DNA of 64,000 nt from Mobula hypostoma. Its lineage: Eukaryota. The stretch covers positions 116,810,001 to 116,874,000 of the forward strand of contig NC_086107.1 in NCBI RefSeq assembly GCF_963921235.1, given 5' to 3'. The first letter of the stretch is position 1. Each line of letters opens with the position of its first letter. Below the pieces are notes generated by a model. It worked only from the letters and a program-made list of their open reading frames with translations, ran no database searches and was not told where the DNA came from. Shown here piece by piece: positions 13,501 to 24,200 of the stretch. The position numbers and the translations under genes are program-made.

Positions 13501-16280
13501 GTGTCAGTGTTACTGTGAGGTGTGTGTCAGTGTTACGGTGAGGTGTGTGTCAGTGTTACTGTGAGGGGTGTGTCAGTGTTACGGTGCTGGGTGTTTCAGT
13601 GTTACGGTGATGGGTGTGTCAGTGTGATGGTGCTGGGTGTGTCAGTGTGACGGTGAGGGGTGTGTCGGTGTGACGGTGAGGGGTGTGTCAATGTTACGGT
13701 GAGGTGTGTGTCAGTGTTACTGTGAGGGGTGTGTCAGTGTGACGGTGAGGGGTGTGTCAGTGTTACTGTGAGGGGTGTGTCAGTGTGACGGTTCAGGGTG
13801 TGTCAGTGTTACGGTTCAGGGTGTGTCAGTGTTACGGTGAGGTGTGTGTCAGTGTTACTGTGAGCGGTGTGTCAGTGTTATGGTGAGGTGTGTGTCAGTG
13901 TTACTGTGAGGGGTGTGTCAGTGTTACGGTGAGGTGTGTGTCAGTGTGACAGTGAGGGGTGTGTCAGTGTGACTGTGAGGGGTGTGTCAGTGTTACGGTG
14001 AGGTGTGTGTCAGTGTTACGGTGAGGTGTGTGTCACTGATACGGTGAGGGGTGTGTCAGTGTGACGGTGAGGGGTGTGTCAGTGTTACGGTGAGGTGTGT
14101 GACAGTGTGACAGTGAGGGGTGTGTCAGTGTGACGGTGAGGGGTGTGTCAGTGTTACGGTGAGGTGTGTGTCAGTGTTACGGTGAGGGGTGTGTCAGTGT
14201 TACGGTGAGGTGTGTGTCACTGATACGGTGAGGGGTGTGTCAGTGTGACGGTGAGGGGTGTGTCAGTGTTACGGTGATGTGTGTGTCAGTGTGACGGTGA
14301 GGGGTGTGTCAGTGTTACGGTGAGGTGTGTGTCAGTGTAACTGTGAGGGGTGTGTCAGTGTTACTGTGAGGTGTGTGTCAGTGTTACGGTGAGGTGTGTG
14401 TCAGTGTAACTGTGAGGGGTGTGTCAGTGTGACTGTGAGGGGTGTGTCAGTGTTACGGTGAGGTGTGTGTCAGTGTTACTGTGAGGGGTGTGTCAGTGTT
14501 ACGGTGCTGGGTGTTTCAGTGTTACGGTGACGGGTGTGTCAGTGTGATGGTGCTGGGTGTGTCAGTGTGACGGTGAGGGGTGTGTCGGTGTGACGGTGAG
14601 GGGTGTGTCAATGTTACGGTGAGGTGTGTGTCAGTGTTACTGTGAGGGGTGTGTCAGTGTGACGGTGAGGGGTGTGTCAGTGTTACTGTGAGGGGTGTGT
14701 CAGTGTGACGGTGAGGGGTGTGTCAGTGTTACGGTTCAGGGTGTGTCAGTATTACGGTGAGGTGTGTGTCAGTGTTACTGTGAGCGGTGTGTCAGTGTTA
14801 TGGTGAGGTGTGTGTCAGTGTTACTTTGAGGGGTGTGTCAGTGTTACGGTGAGGTGTGTGTCAGTGTGACAGTGAGGGGTGTGTCAGTGTGACTGTGAGG
14901 GGTGTGTCAGTGTTACGGTGAGGGGTGTGTCAGTGTTACGGTGAGGTGTGTGTCACTGATACGGTGAGGGGTGTGTCGGTGTGACGGTGAGGGGTGTGTC
15001 AGTGTTACGGTGATGTGTGTGTCAGTGTGACGGTGAGGGGTGTGTCAGTGTTACTGTGAGGGGTGTGACGGTGAGGGGTGTGTCAGTGTTACGGTGATGT
15101 GTGTGTCAGTGTTACTGTGAGGGGTGTGTCAGTGTTACGGTGAGGTGTGTGTCAGTGTTACTGTGAGGGGTGTGTCAGTGTTACGGTGCTGGGTGTTTCA
15201 GTGTTACGGTGAGGGGTGTGTCAGTGTTACGGTGACGGGTGTGTCAGTGTTACTGTGAGGGGTGTGTCGGTGTGATGGTGAGGGGTGTGTCAGTGTTACG
15301 GTGATGTGTGTGTCAGTGTTACGGTGAGGGGTGTGTCAGTGTTACAGTGATGTGTGTGTCAGTGTAACTGTGAGGGGTGTGTCAGTGTTACTGTGAGGGG
15401 TGTGTCAGTGTTACGGTGAGGTGTGTGTCAGTGTTACGGTGAGGGGTGTGTCAGTGTGACGGTGCTGGGTGTGTCAGTGTGACGGTTCAGGGTGTGTCAG
15501 TGTTACGGTTCAGGGTGTGTCAGTGTTACGGTGAGGTGTGTGTCAGTGTTACTGTGAGGGGTGTGTCAGTGTTACGGTGAGGTGTGTGTCAGTGTGACGG
15601 TGAGGGGTGTGTCAGTGTGATGGTGAGGGGTGTGTCAGTGTTACTGTGAGGGGTGTGACGGTGAGGGGTGTGTCAGTGTTACGGTGATGTGTGTGTCAGT
15701 GTTACTGTGAGGGGTGTGTCAGTGTTACGGTGAGGTGTGTGTCAGTGTTACTGTGAGGGGTGTGTCAGTGTTACGGTGCTGGGTGTTTCAGTGTTACGGT
15801 GAGGGGTGTGCCAGTGTTACGGTGACGGGTGTGTCAGTGTTACTGTGAGGGGTGTGTCGGTGTGATGGTGAGGGGTGTGTCAGTGTTACGGTGATGTGTG
15901 TGTCAGTGTTACGGTGAGGGGTGTGTCAGTGTTACAGTGATGTGTGTGTCAGTGTTACGGTGAGGGGTGTGTCAGAGTTACGGTGATGTGTGTGTCAGTG
16001 TTACGGTGAGGGGTGTGTCAGTGTTACGGTGATGTGTGTGTCAGTGTGACGGTGACCGGTGTGTCAGAGTTACGGTGATGTGTGTGTCAGTGTGACGGTG
16101 AGGGGTGTGTCGGTGTGATGGTGAGGGGTGTGTCAGTGTTACGGTGATGTGTGTGTCAGTGTTACGGTGACGGGTGTGTCACTGTTACGGTGATGTGTGT
16201 GTCAGTGTGACGGTGACCGGTGTGTCAGAGTTACGGTGATGTGTGTGTCAGTGTGACGGTGAGGGCTGTGTCAGTGTTAT
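4520..16280. repeat. 23-bp minisatellite array, ~11.7 kb (~510 units), consensus CGGTGAGGGGTGTGTCAGTGTTA
   Basis: Period measured directly (cagtg at 5460, 5483, 5506); recurring variant units. Confidence 0.98.
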
Positions 16281-16440
16281 TGTGTGTCATCTGTTGTCAT
16301 GATGTGGCATGTGTCAGTGATGTATACGTCAAGGATACTGGTCTGTGCAAACTGTTGCTGATTCTTTCTCACTCTCCACAGTTTCCATGTCGTGTTGTTT
16401 CCCCACATTGTTCTGCCTGTGTTACTGCTGATGTCAGAGG

Positions 16441-17682
16441 ATGAACACCAGACACTTCCTCGCTCTGGGGCTGCTCTGGGGATCAGGGCTGCCCTGGGTC
16501 TTCGCCAGCTCTCCTTCCAGTCTGCTCAATACCTCGCAAGTGCCCTCGTCTGGACCCCGCTGGGTGGTGAATGGCTCCAGTGAAATCAGCTCTGCGGACA
16601 ACTCCAGCTCTGGTGCTACACCTTCACTGCTCACTACTCCCACTGCTTCCAGTTCAGTTGTGACCAGTGTGCCATCTACTGGTGGATCCATCTCCTCAGC
16701 TAGTACGCCATCTACCAGAGAATCCATCTCCTCGGCCAGGTCAATACCTGCCAGTGTACCCTGGGAATCCCCTGCACGCATGTCCAGCACACCGGCCTCC
16801 TCCACCTCGGTTCACGTTAGCACCAAGACCAGTGCACGGTTGGAATCCACTGCAATGATCACCAAACCACTCAATTCCAGTGCCACCAGCCTCACCACTG
16901 CACCACAGAAATCCAGTGAGCCAGTGACCAGCGGCTCTGTCGCTTACAGCAGTGCTCCACTGAAAACCAATGTGCCTGCATTCAGTCGCACCAGCACTAC
17001 TGCCAGTGCACATTCAAAGTCCAGTGCCCCCAACATCACTGCCAGTGCCACACCGGAATCCACTGTAAGTGAGAGTTCGGACACCACCCACAGTGCCACT
17101 GCGACGGTGTCACTCAGTCCCTGGACAACATACAGCACAGCCCCTGGTCAACCCTACACACTTGGCACCACCTTGGCAGTCATCTTGGTAGTGGCCATAT
17201 TGATCATGGTGGCGATCGTGGCCCTGGCTTGTATCTGTCGCTTCCGGCGACGAGGGGACTACGCGGCCAGGCATCCTGCCAAGGCTGGGGCCCCATGGGC
17301 TGGGCCCGTGGCCCTGGGGCCTGAGGAGGGAGGAGGGGGTGGCGCAGAAGAAGATCCTAACGGCCCCCCTGGCGAGGAGCCTCCACCTGGTGCCTCCCAC
17401 CGCCTTTCCCTTGGCACTTTCTTCCACAAGCGTAAATCCCGTGCACCCTCACTTGTCCTTGAGGCCTTCTCCCCCCTTCCCGAGGGTGAAGGCACAGAGG
17501 GTGGCGAGGCGCAGAGGCTGCTGGGGGCTGTCCCCTCACCCACCACCTCCCCCGACCCTCCCCCTCCTCCTCCACCTGAAGCAAATGGTGACCACCCTGC
17601 GACCATCCCTGAGGACACGAATGCCCTCCTCCCTCCTCCTCTTCCATCTCAGGAGGGAGATGGGGGTCCTGAACTGGTTTAG
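16441..17682 (+). CDS. SPN: Leukosialin/CD43-like type I transmembrane sialomucin, 413 aa, whole CDS in one exon
   Basis: Signal peptide aa 1-22; Ser/Thr-rich ectodomain to ~240; TM ~241-266; basic RFRRR; cytoplasmic WAGP and RLSLGTFFHKRKSRAPSLVLE, matching human CD43 WAGP and RPTLTTFFGRRKSRQGSLAMEE as recalled. Splice acceptor ttctttctcactctccacag ends at 16381. Confidence 0.85.
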   Translation: MNTRHFLALGLLWGSGLPWVFASSPSSLLNTSQVPSSGPRWVVNGSSEISSADNSSSGATPSLLTTPTASSSVVTSVPSTGGSISSASTPSTRESISSARSIPASVPWESPARMSSTPASSTSVHVSTKTSARLESTAMITKPLNSSATSLTTAPQKSSEPVTSGSVAYSSAPLKTNVPAFSRTSTTASAHSKSSAPNITASATPESTVSESSDTTHSATATVSLSPWTTYSTAPGQPYTLGTTLAVILVVAILIMVAIVALACICRFRRRGDYAARHPAKAGAPWAGPVALGPEEGGGGGAEEDPNGPPGEEPPPGASHRLSLGTFFHKRKSRAPSLVLEAFSPLPEGEGTEGGEAQRLLGAVPSPTTSPDPPPPPPPEANGDHPATIPEDTNALLPPPLPSQEGDGGPELV

Positions 17683-17819
17683 GAGGACCGTGCCTTCCCA
17701 TATCCTCCCCTTCCTCCATCCTACCTTCCCTCCATCTCACCAGACCCAGGACAATACTTTCTCTCATCCTCCTTCCAAAAGGGAGAGAGAGGGCCTACTG
17801 AGGTGATTTAGGAGCTCTC

Positions 17820-17980
17820 TACTTTCTCTTCTTTCTCCCTCCATCCCTCCTTCCCTTCCCTCCATCCCTCCTTCCCTGCCCTCCATCCCTCCTTCCCTTC
17901 CCTCCATCCCTCCTTCCCTTCCCTCCCTCCCTCCTTCTTTTCCCTCCCTCCCTCCTTCCCTTTCCCTCTCTCCCCTCCCC
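17820..17980. repeat. CT-rich 21-bp tandem/low-complexity tract in the 3' UTR
   Basis: (ccctccatccctccttccctt)n is visible. Confidence 0.9.
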
Positions 17981-18485
17981 CCAACATCACTCCCCATCCC
18001 ATCAGGTAAACAACATCTCCCCTGCTAGGACAGAGAGGTAGAAGTTCTGCTTTACGATCTAACTCCTCTCCCGTCCTCTCTTCCGTCCCAGCACTCATGC
18101 CACCTCATCTATCTTTCCCCCATCCCGCAGAAGGAGTGATGCGGAGGGGAATGTGCTCTGAACTGGTTTAGTAGCTCAACCACTCCTTCACCACTACCTC
18201 TTCCTCCTCTGTGCACCCCTCTGGAAATGGGACGGCACTTCCACACCCTGCCTCATCACACACAAAATCCCACCCACCAGCACAGCTCTTCTAACAAGTA
18301 AAATTGCTTTCTGCAAAACAGAGACGGAGGCAGGCAGAGAAGGGAGAAAGAGGGAGAAATAGAGAGAGGCAGACAGATGAGGAGAGAGAGGGAGAGAGAT
18401 AGAGAGAGAGATGGGAAGGAAGATAGAGAAGGTGTGAGAGGGAAAGAGGGAGAGACAGACAGAGAGTGAGGGGGTGGGGAGAGAC

Positions 18486-18564
18486 CAGGGGTTCCCAGCT
18501 GGGGTCCATGGATCCTTTGGTTAATGGTAGTGATCCAAGGAATTAAAAAGGTTGGGAACCCCTG
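18486..18564. mobile_element. 79-bp hAT-type MITE in the 3' UTR
   Basis: Perfect 12-bp TIRs CAGGGGTTCCCA/TGGGAACCCCTG; flanks ggagagac/gaagagag match 6/8 as an 8-bp TSD. Confidence 0.75.
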
Positions 18565-18928
18565 GAAGAGAGGAAGTGAGAGAGAGGAAGAGAGAGAGAG
18601 ATTATGGGTTAAAGAGAAAGGAAGGGGAAGGGAGAGAGGACAGTGAGGGAGAGAGAGGGAGAGAGAGAGAGAGAGAGAGGGGTGTGGACAGGGTGAAAGA
18701 AAGAGAGGAAAACATTGAATTCCTCCCCACTGCACTGCGCAACTTACCTGCCGTCTCCTTTGTCCATCTGTTTCCCAACTGGGAGACCGAAGTAAGAGGC
18801 AAAACTAGAGAGCGGCGGGAGAGGGGAAGGGGGAATGGCTGTTGACAATGCCTTTCCCCATTGTTTTCTGGGGGAGTCTCCCCTTCACATGGAGATTTGA
18901 TTAATGTTTCCTGAAAACTGTACAATCT

Positions 18929-18965
18929 AATAAAGTTACATCAAACACACTTCTGTCTTGTGGTT
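18929..18965 (+). terminator. Polyadenylation signal of the SPN-like gene
   Basis: AATAAA at 18929-18934, followed ~17 nt later by the GT-rich ttctgtcttgtggtt; repeat DNA starts shortly after. Confidence 0.7.
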
Positions 18966-20189
18966 AGGGATCCTCTTGGAAAGAGTGATCACGTATGATT
19001 GAGTTTCTCATACAAATGGAGGGTGCAATAGTTTGATCTAAAACCAGTGAATTATGCTTAAACAATGGAGACTACAATGGGACGAGGGAGGATTCAGCCT
19101 GTGTAGACTGGGAACACAGGCTATATGGTAGGACGGTTAAGGAACAGAGGAAGACTTTCAAAGAGATTTTTCACAGTGCTCAAGAAAAGTATATTCCAGT
19201 TAAAAACAAGGACAGTAAGAGTGGGGAGAGCCAGCCTTGGATAACTAAGAAAATAAGGAAGGCATCAAGCTAAACGCTTGTGCGTACTAAGTCGCCAAGT
19301 GTAGAGGGAAACTGGAAGACTGGGAAAACTTTAAAAAGCAAGAAAGAATCACTAAGCGAGCAATAAAGAAAGGGAAGCTAAATTACAAAAATAAAGTAGC
19401 ATAACATATAAAAATGGATAGTAAAAAATTTTATAATTATATAAAGAGGAAAAGGGTGGCTAAAGTGAATGTAGGTCCCTTGGGGGATGAGAAGGGGGAA
19501 TTGATATTGGGTAATGAGGAAATGGTAGAAGCTGTGAATGACTATTTTGTGTCAGTCTTCATGGTGGAGGACACATCTAACATGCCAAAGAGAGATATTA
19601 TGGATGCATTGGGAGGTGAGGACCTTGATAAAATAGCTGTCATTAAAGAGGTAGTGCTGAGCAAATTCGTGGGCTTGAAGATAGATGAGGCCCCTGGTCC
19701 TGATGGAATGCGTCCCAAGATACTGAAAGAAACGGCATAAATTATAGTAGAGGCTCTGGTGATAATTTACCATTGGACTCTGGGTAGGTCCCGACTGATT
19801 GGAAGACACAGAATGTCACATCATTGTTCAAAAAAAAGATGTAGGCAAAAGGCAGGTAACTATAGGCCAGTTAGTTTCCCTGTCATTGGGAAAATGCCTG
19901 AAGCTATCATTAAAGAAGAAATAGCGAGGCGTCTGGAAAGAAATGGATCCATCAGGCAGACGCAACATGGATTCAGCAAAGGCAGGTCCTGTTTGACAAA
20001 CTTACTGGAGTTCTTTGAGGATATAACCAGCGCAGTGGATAGAGGGGAACAGATGGACGTTATTTACTTGGATTTCCAGAAGATGTTTGATAAGGTGCCA
20101 CATAAAAGACATCCATAAAATAAGAATGCATAGAGTTGGGATGATGTATTAGCAAGGATAGAGGATTGGTTAACTAATAGAAAGCAGTG

Positions 20190-20225
20190 GGTCCTGAGGA
20201 AGGGTCTCGGCCTGAAACGTCGACT
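20190..20225 (+). ncRNA. Minimal type I hammerhead ribozyme
   Basis: GGTC-CTGAGGA-AGG(GTCTCGG)CCT-GAAA-CG-TC-GACT: core CUGANGA/GAAA, stems I and II, GUC triplet. Confidence 0.85.
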
Positions 20226-20324
20226 GCACCTCTTCCTAGAGATGCTGCCCGGCCTGCTGCGTTCACCAGCAACTTTTATGTGTGTTGCTTGAATTTCCAG
20301 CATCTGCAGAATTCCTGTTGTTTG
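20190..20324 (+). mobile_element. Short Penelope(Neptune)-derived insertion (ribozyme + tail)
   Basis: Near-identical to 56594-56730 at the 3' end of the Penelope element; interrupts a CR1. Confidence 0.9.
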
Positions 20325-20902
20325 GGATACATGGATGTTACTCTGGCTGACAGTCAGTGGTGAGCGCTGTGCTGGGCCCGCAACTGTTCACAATGTACAT
20401 TAACAATCTGGAAGAGTGGACTGAGTACAGTGTAGTTTATCTAAGTTTGTTGCTGATACTAAATTGAGTGGAAAAGCAAATTGGGCAGAAGATACTGAGA
20501 GTCTGCAGAGATATAGATAGGTTAAGTGAGTGGGCAAGGGTCTGGCAGATGGAGTACAATGTTGGTAAATGTGAGGTTATCTACTTTGGAAGGAAAAATG
20601 AAAGAGCAGATTATTATTTAAATGGTAAAAGATTGCAGCATGCTGCTATGCAGAGAGACTTGAGAGTGCTTGTGCATGAATCACAAAAGGTTGGTTTGCA
20701 AGTGCAGGAGGCTATCAAGAAGGCAAGTGGAATGTTAGCCTTCATTGTGAGAGGGGTTGAATTTAAGAGCAGGAAGGTTATGCTACAACTGTACAGGGTA
20801 CTGGTGAGGCCGCACCAGGAGTACTGCGTGCAGTTCTGGTTCTCCTTACTTGAAAAAGGATATACTGCCTTTGGAGGCAGTGCAGAGGAGATTCACCAAG
20901 TT

Positions 20903-21265
20903 GATTCCTGGGGTGGGTCTGACCCAGGCAATTACAGAGACAGGAACTGTGAACTATGTTCCTGGGGTGGGTCTGACCCAGGTGACCACAGAGACAGGAA
21001 CTGTGAGCTATGTTCCTGGGGTGGGTCTGACCCAGGGATCTGGAGACTGGAACTGCATACAGCACTTGTAGTGTGTGTCTGACACAGGGATACGGAGATG
21101 GAAACTGTATATGGTGCTCCCAGTGTGGGTCTGACCCAGGGATATGGAGATTGGAACTGTGCACAGTGCTGTTGTATGGGTGTGATCCAGAGAGACTGAG
21201 ATGGGAGCAGAGCATGGTTTGACCCCAGGGATACGGTGTCAGGAACTGTGTATGGTGCTCCCAGC
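20903..21265. repeat. 54-bp degenerate minisatellite
   Basis: tcctggggtgggtctgacccagg at 20906, 20960 and 21014, then longer diverged units. Confidence 0.85.
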
Positions 21266-21289
21266 TTTATGAGAAAGCTGTGGTGATAG

Positions 21290-24200
21290 AAAAATGATAC
21301 AAGGTGAGGGTCAATGGAGGGAGGTGAGGGGAGGTGGAAATAGGTTAGGGGAGATGAAGACAGGGAGGTGGGAAGAGATGGATGGAGGGAGGAGATGAGA
21401 GAGAGGGAGGGAGTTGGGGAAGTGAGGAGAAATGTAGAGAGGAAGATGAGGGCACATAGAATGAAGATAAGTGAGGGAGGGAGTGAAATGAGGGCAGATG
21501 GAGGGAGTTGAATGAGATAAGGGAGGTGAGGGGAGGGAGTGAAATGAGGGGAGATGGAAGGAGGTACATGATGGGAGATGGAGGGTGATGAGGGATGAAG
21601 GAGGGGGAGAATGGACATGCAGGGAGGTGAGGTGAGCTGGAGAGAAGTGAGTGTAGATGGAGGGAGGTGAGGGGAGATGTAGAGAGGGACATGAGGAATT
21701 AAAATGAAGGAAGATAGAGGGTGATGAGGGGTGAAGGAGGGAGTGAGTGGAGATGGAGGGAGCTGAGGGGGGATGGAGATAGGTGGGAGAGGGAGGTGGT
21801 GGGGGAGATGGATAGATGTTGAAGAGATGGATGGAGGGAGTTGAGGGGAGATGGAGGAAGGTGATGGAAGGATAGAGGGGAGATGGAGGGAGGGAGGCGA
21901 AAGGACCTATTGGCAGGGAGGTAGGTGAAGGGTGATGGAATGAGGTGAATGGTGTTGGAGGGTGGTGAGGGAAATGGAGGGAGGGAAGGTGGGAGGTAGA
22001 GCTAGGAGAGGGGAGACAGATGGAGGGAGGTGAGGGGAGATGCATCGCAGAAGTTGAGAGGAGGTGGAGGCCAGGAGGTAAGGGGAAATGGAAAGGAGGA
22101 GACAGAGTTAAATGAGGGGAGATGGAGGAAGTTGATGGAAGATGGGGGGGTGAGGTGAGGGAAGATGGATGGTGGACGATGGGAGATGAAGGGGTTATTA
22201 AGGGAGATGGAGTGAGTGAGATGAGGGGAGATTGAGGGAGGTGAGGGGAGATGGAGGGAGGGAGGTGAGGGTACATGTGGGCAGGGAGGTGAAGGGTGAT
22301 GGAAGGATATGAAGGGAAATAGTAGGAGGAGTGTGAGGAAGATGGAAGTAGGTGAGGGGAGATGGATGGAGAGAGATTAGCAGAGATGGATAGAGGAAAC
22401 TAGAGGAGATGGGGGGTCAAGGGAGGCAAGATGGATGGGGGAAGTGCAGAGAAGGAGGGAAGGTGATGGGAAATGAGGTGTGGTAGGTGAGGGATGGAGG
22501 GAGTAAGGAGAGGGGTTTTAGAGGGAGTGTGGTGAGGGGAGATGATGGGTGGGTGAGGGGACATGAAGGGAGGGAAGTGTGGGGAGAAGGATGGAGTGAG
22601 GTGAGGTGAGATGATGGGTGTGAGGTGACAGGAGATGGATGGAGGAAAGAGGAGGGACAAGGAAGTGAGGTGGGATATGAAAGCAGTAGGCGAGGGGATG
22701 ATGACCAAGTAGAAGGGGAGATGGAGGGAGGTGAGGTGAAAGGAGGAAGAGGGTGAGAAAAGAGGGGATATGAGGGATGTGAGGGGAGATAGAGGCAGGG
22801 AATTGTGGAAAGATGGTGGGACGTGACGTGAGTGGAGATGGATGGAGGGGAGGGTGGGTCAAGAGAAAGGGTTGAGGGGAGATGGAGGGAACTGAGTTGA
22901 TGGATGAAGGGATATGAGGGTGTGTGGTGTGGGGAGGTGGATGGAGGTGAGGTGAAATGGAGGAAGTGAAGGGAGCTGGAGGTAGGGAGGTTAGGGAAGA
23001 TGGAGGGAGTTGAGGGAGGTAGGAGAGATGAGGGAGCTGAGGGGATATGGAGGAAGATGTGGAGACAGAGGAAGGGAATGAGGGGAGATAGAGGGAGGAG
23101 TGGGGATATGGAGGGTAGGTGAGGGGAGATGGAAGGATGTGAGAGGTAATAGAGGGTGGGAAATGAGGGAGATGGAGGCAGGTGAACGGAGATGTATGGA
23201 AGGAGATGGAGGGAGGTGAAGGGAAATGGAGGGACTGAGATGAGGGGAGTTGGAGGGAATGAGAGGACATGAAAAGAGGGGAGGGGAGATGGATAGATGT
23301 ATGTGAGGGGAGGGAGTAGAGATTGAGGAAGGTGAAGGAAGTTAGACTGTAATACGGGGAGATGGAAGTAGGGATGGAGAAGGAATGAAGAGAAGGAGGA
23401 GGGGTGATGGATGAAAGTAAGTGAAAGCAGATGGAGGGAGGGACATGAGGGATAGAGGGCCCAAGGTGAGAAGAGATGGTGAGGGGAGATGAATGGAGGG
23501 TGGTGTAGGGAGGTGAGGGGAGATGAAGGTGAGAGAAGATGGAGGTGAAGGGAGGGAGTTGAATAGAGTTGAGGGAGGTGAGGGGAGGTTGAATGGAGTT
23601 GAGGGAGGTGAGGGGAGTTGGAGTGAAGTGAGGACAGATGGAGGAAGGTAGCTGAGGGGAGATGGAGGGTGATGAGGCATGAAGGAGGGAGAGAGTGAAC
23701 ATGGAGGGAAGTGAGTGTAGATGGTATGGAGGGAGATGATGGGACAGGGAGGAAGTGAGGTGAGGGAGATGGACAATGGACATGAGAGAAGATCAAGGGG
23801 TAGATGAGGGAAGATGGTGTGAATGAGATGAGATGGAGAGAGAAAGGTGAAGGGTTAAAGGTGAAGGAATTGAGTGGAGATGGATGTTGGTGAGGGGAGA
23901 TGGAAAGAGCTGAGGGGAATGGAGGAGAGAAGGCGAGAGATAGAGATAAGAGAGGGGAGATGGATGGAGTGAGGTGATGGGAGATGGATGGAAATAGCTG
24001 AGAAGAAAGGCAGGGTGCTAAGGGGAGATGGATGGAGGGAGGTGATGGGAGAAGGATGGAGTGAGGTGATGGGAGATGGATGGAGGGAGGTGATGGGAGA
24101 TGGATGGAGTGAGGTGATGGGAGATGGATGGAGTGAGGTGATGGGAGATGGATGGAAGTAGCTGAGAAGAAAGGCAGGGTGCTAAGGGGAGATGGATGGA

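Larger units (their letters stand above)
19040..20915 (+). mobile_element. CR1 LINE ORF2 pseudogene
   Basis: APGPDG, GNYRPVS, QHGF, SCLTNLLEFF, YLDFQK and WQMEYNVGKC motifs across frameshifted ORFs. Confidence 0.95.

Noticed and set aside
4520..16280. CRISPR array or RSS array (23-bp period, cacagt-like hexamers on the minus strand)
   Set aside because: There are no unique spacers or cas genes, no nonamer and no V/J segments; it is a plain minisatellite.
16434..17806. Overlapping alternative-frame and antisense ORFs around the mucin gene
   Set aside because: Shadows of a GC-rich CDS with no recognisable domains.
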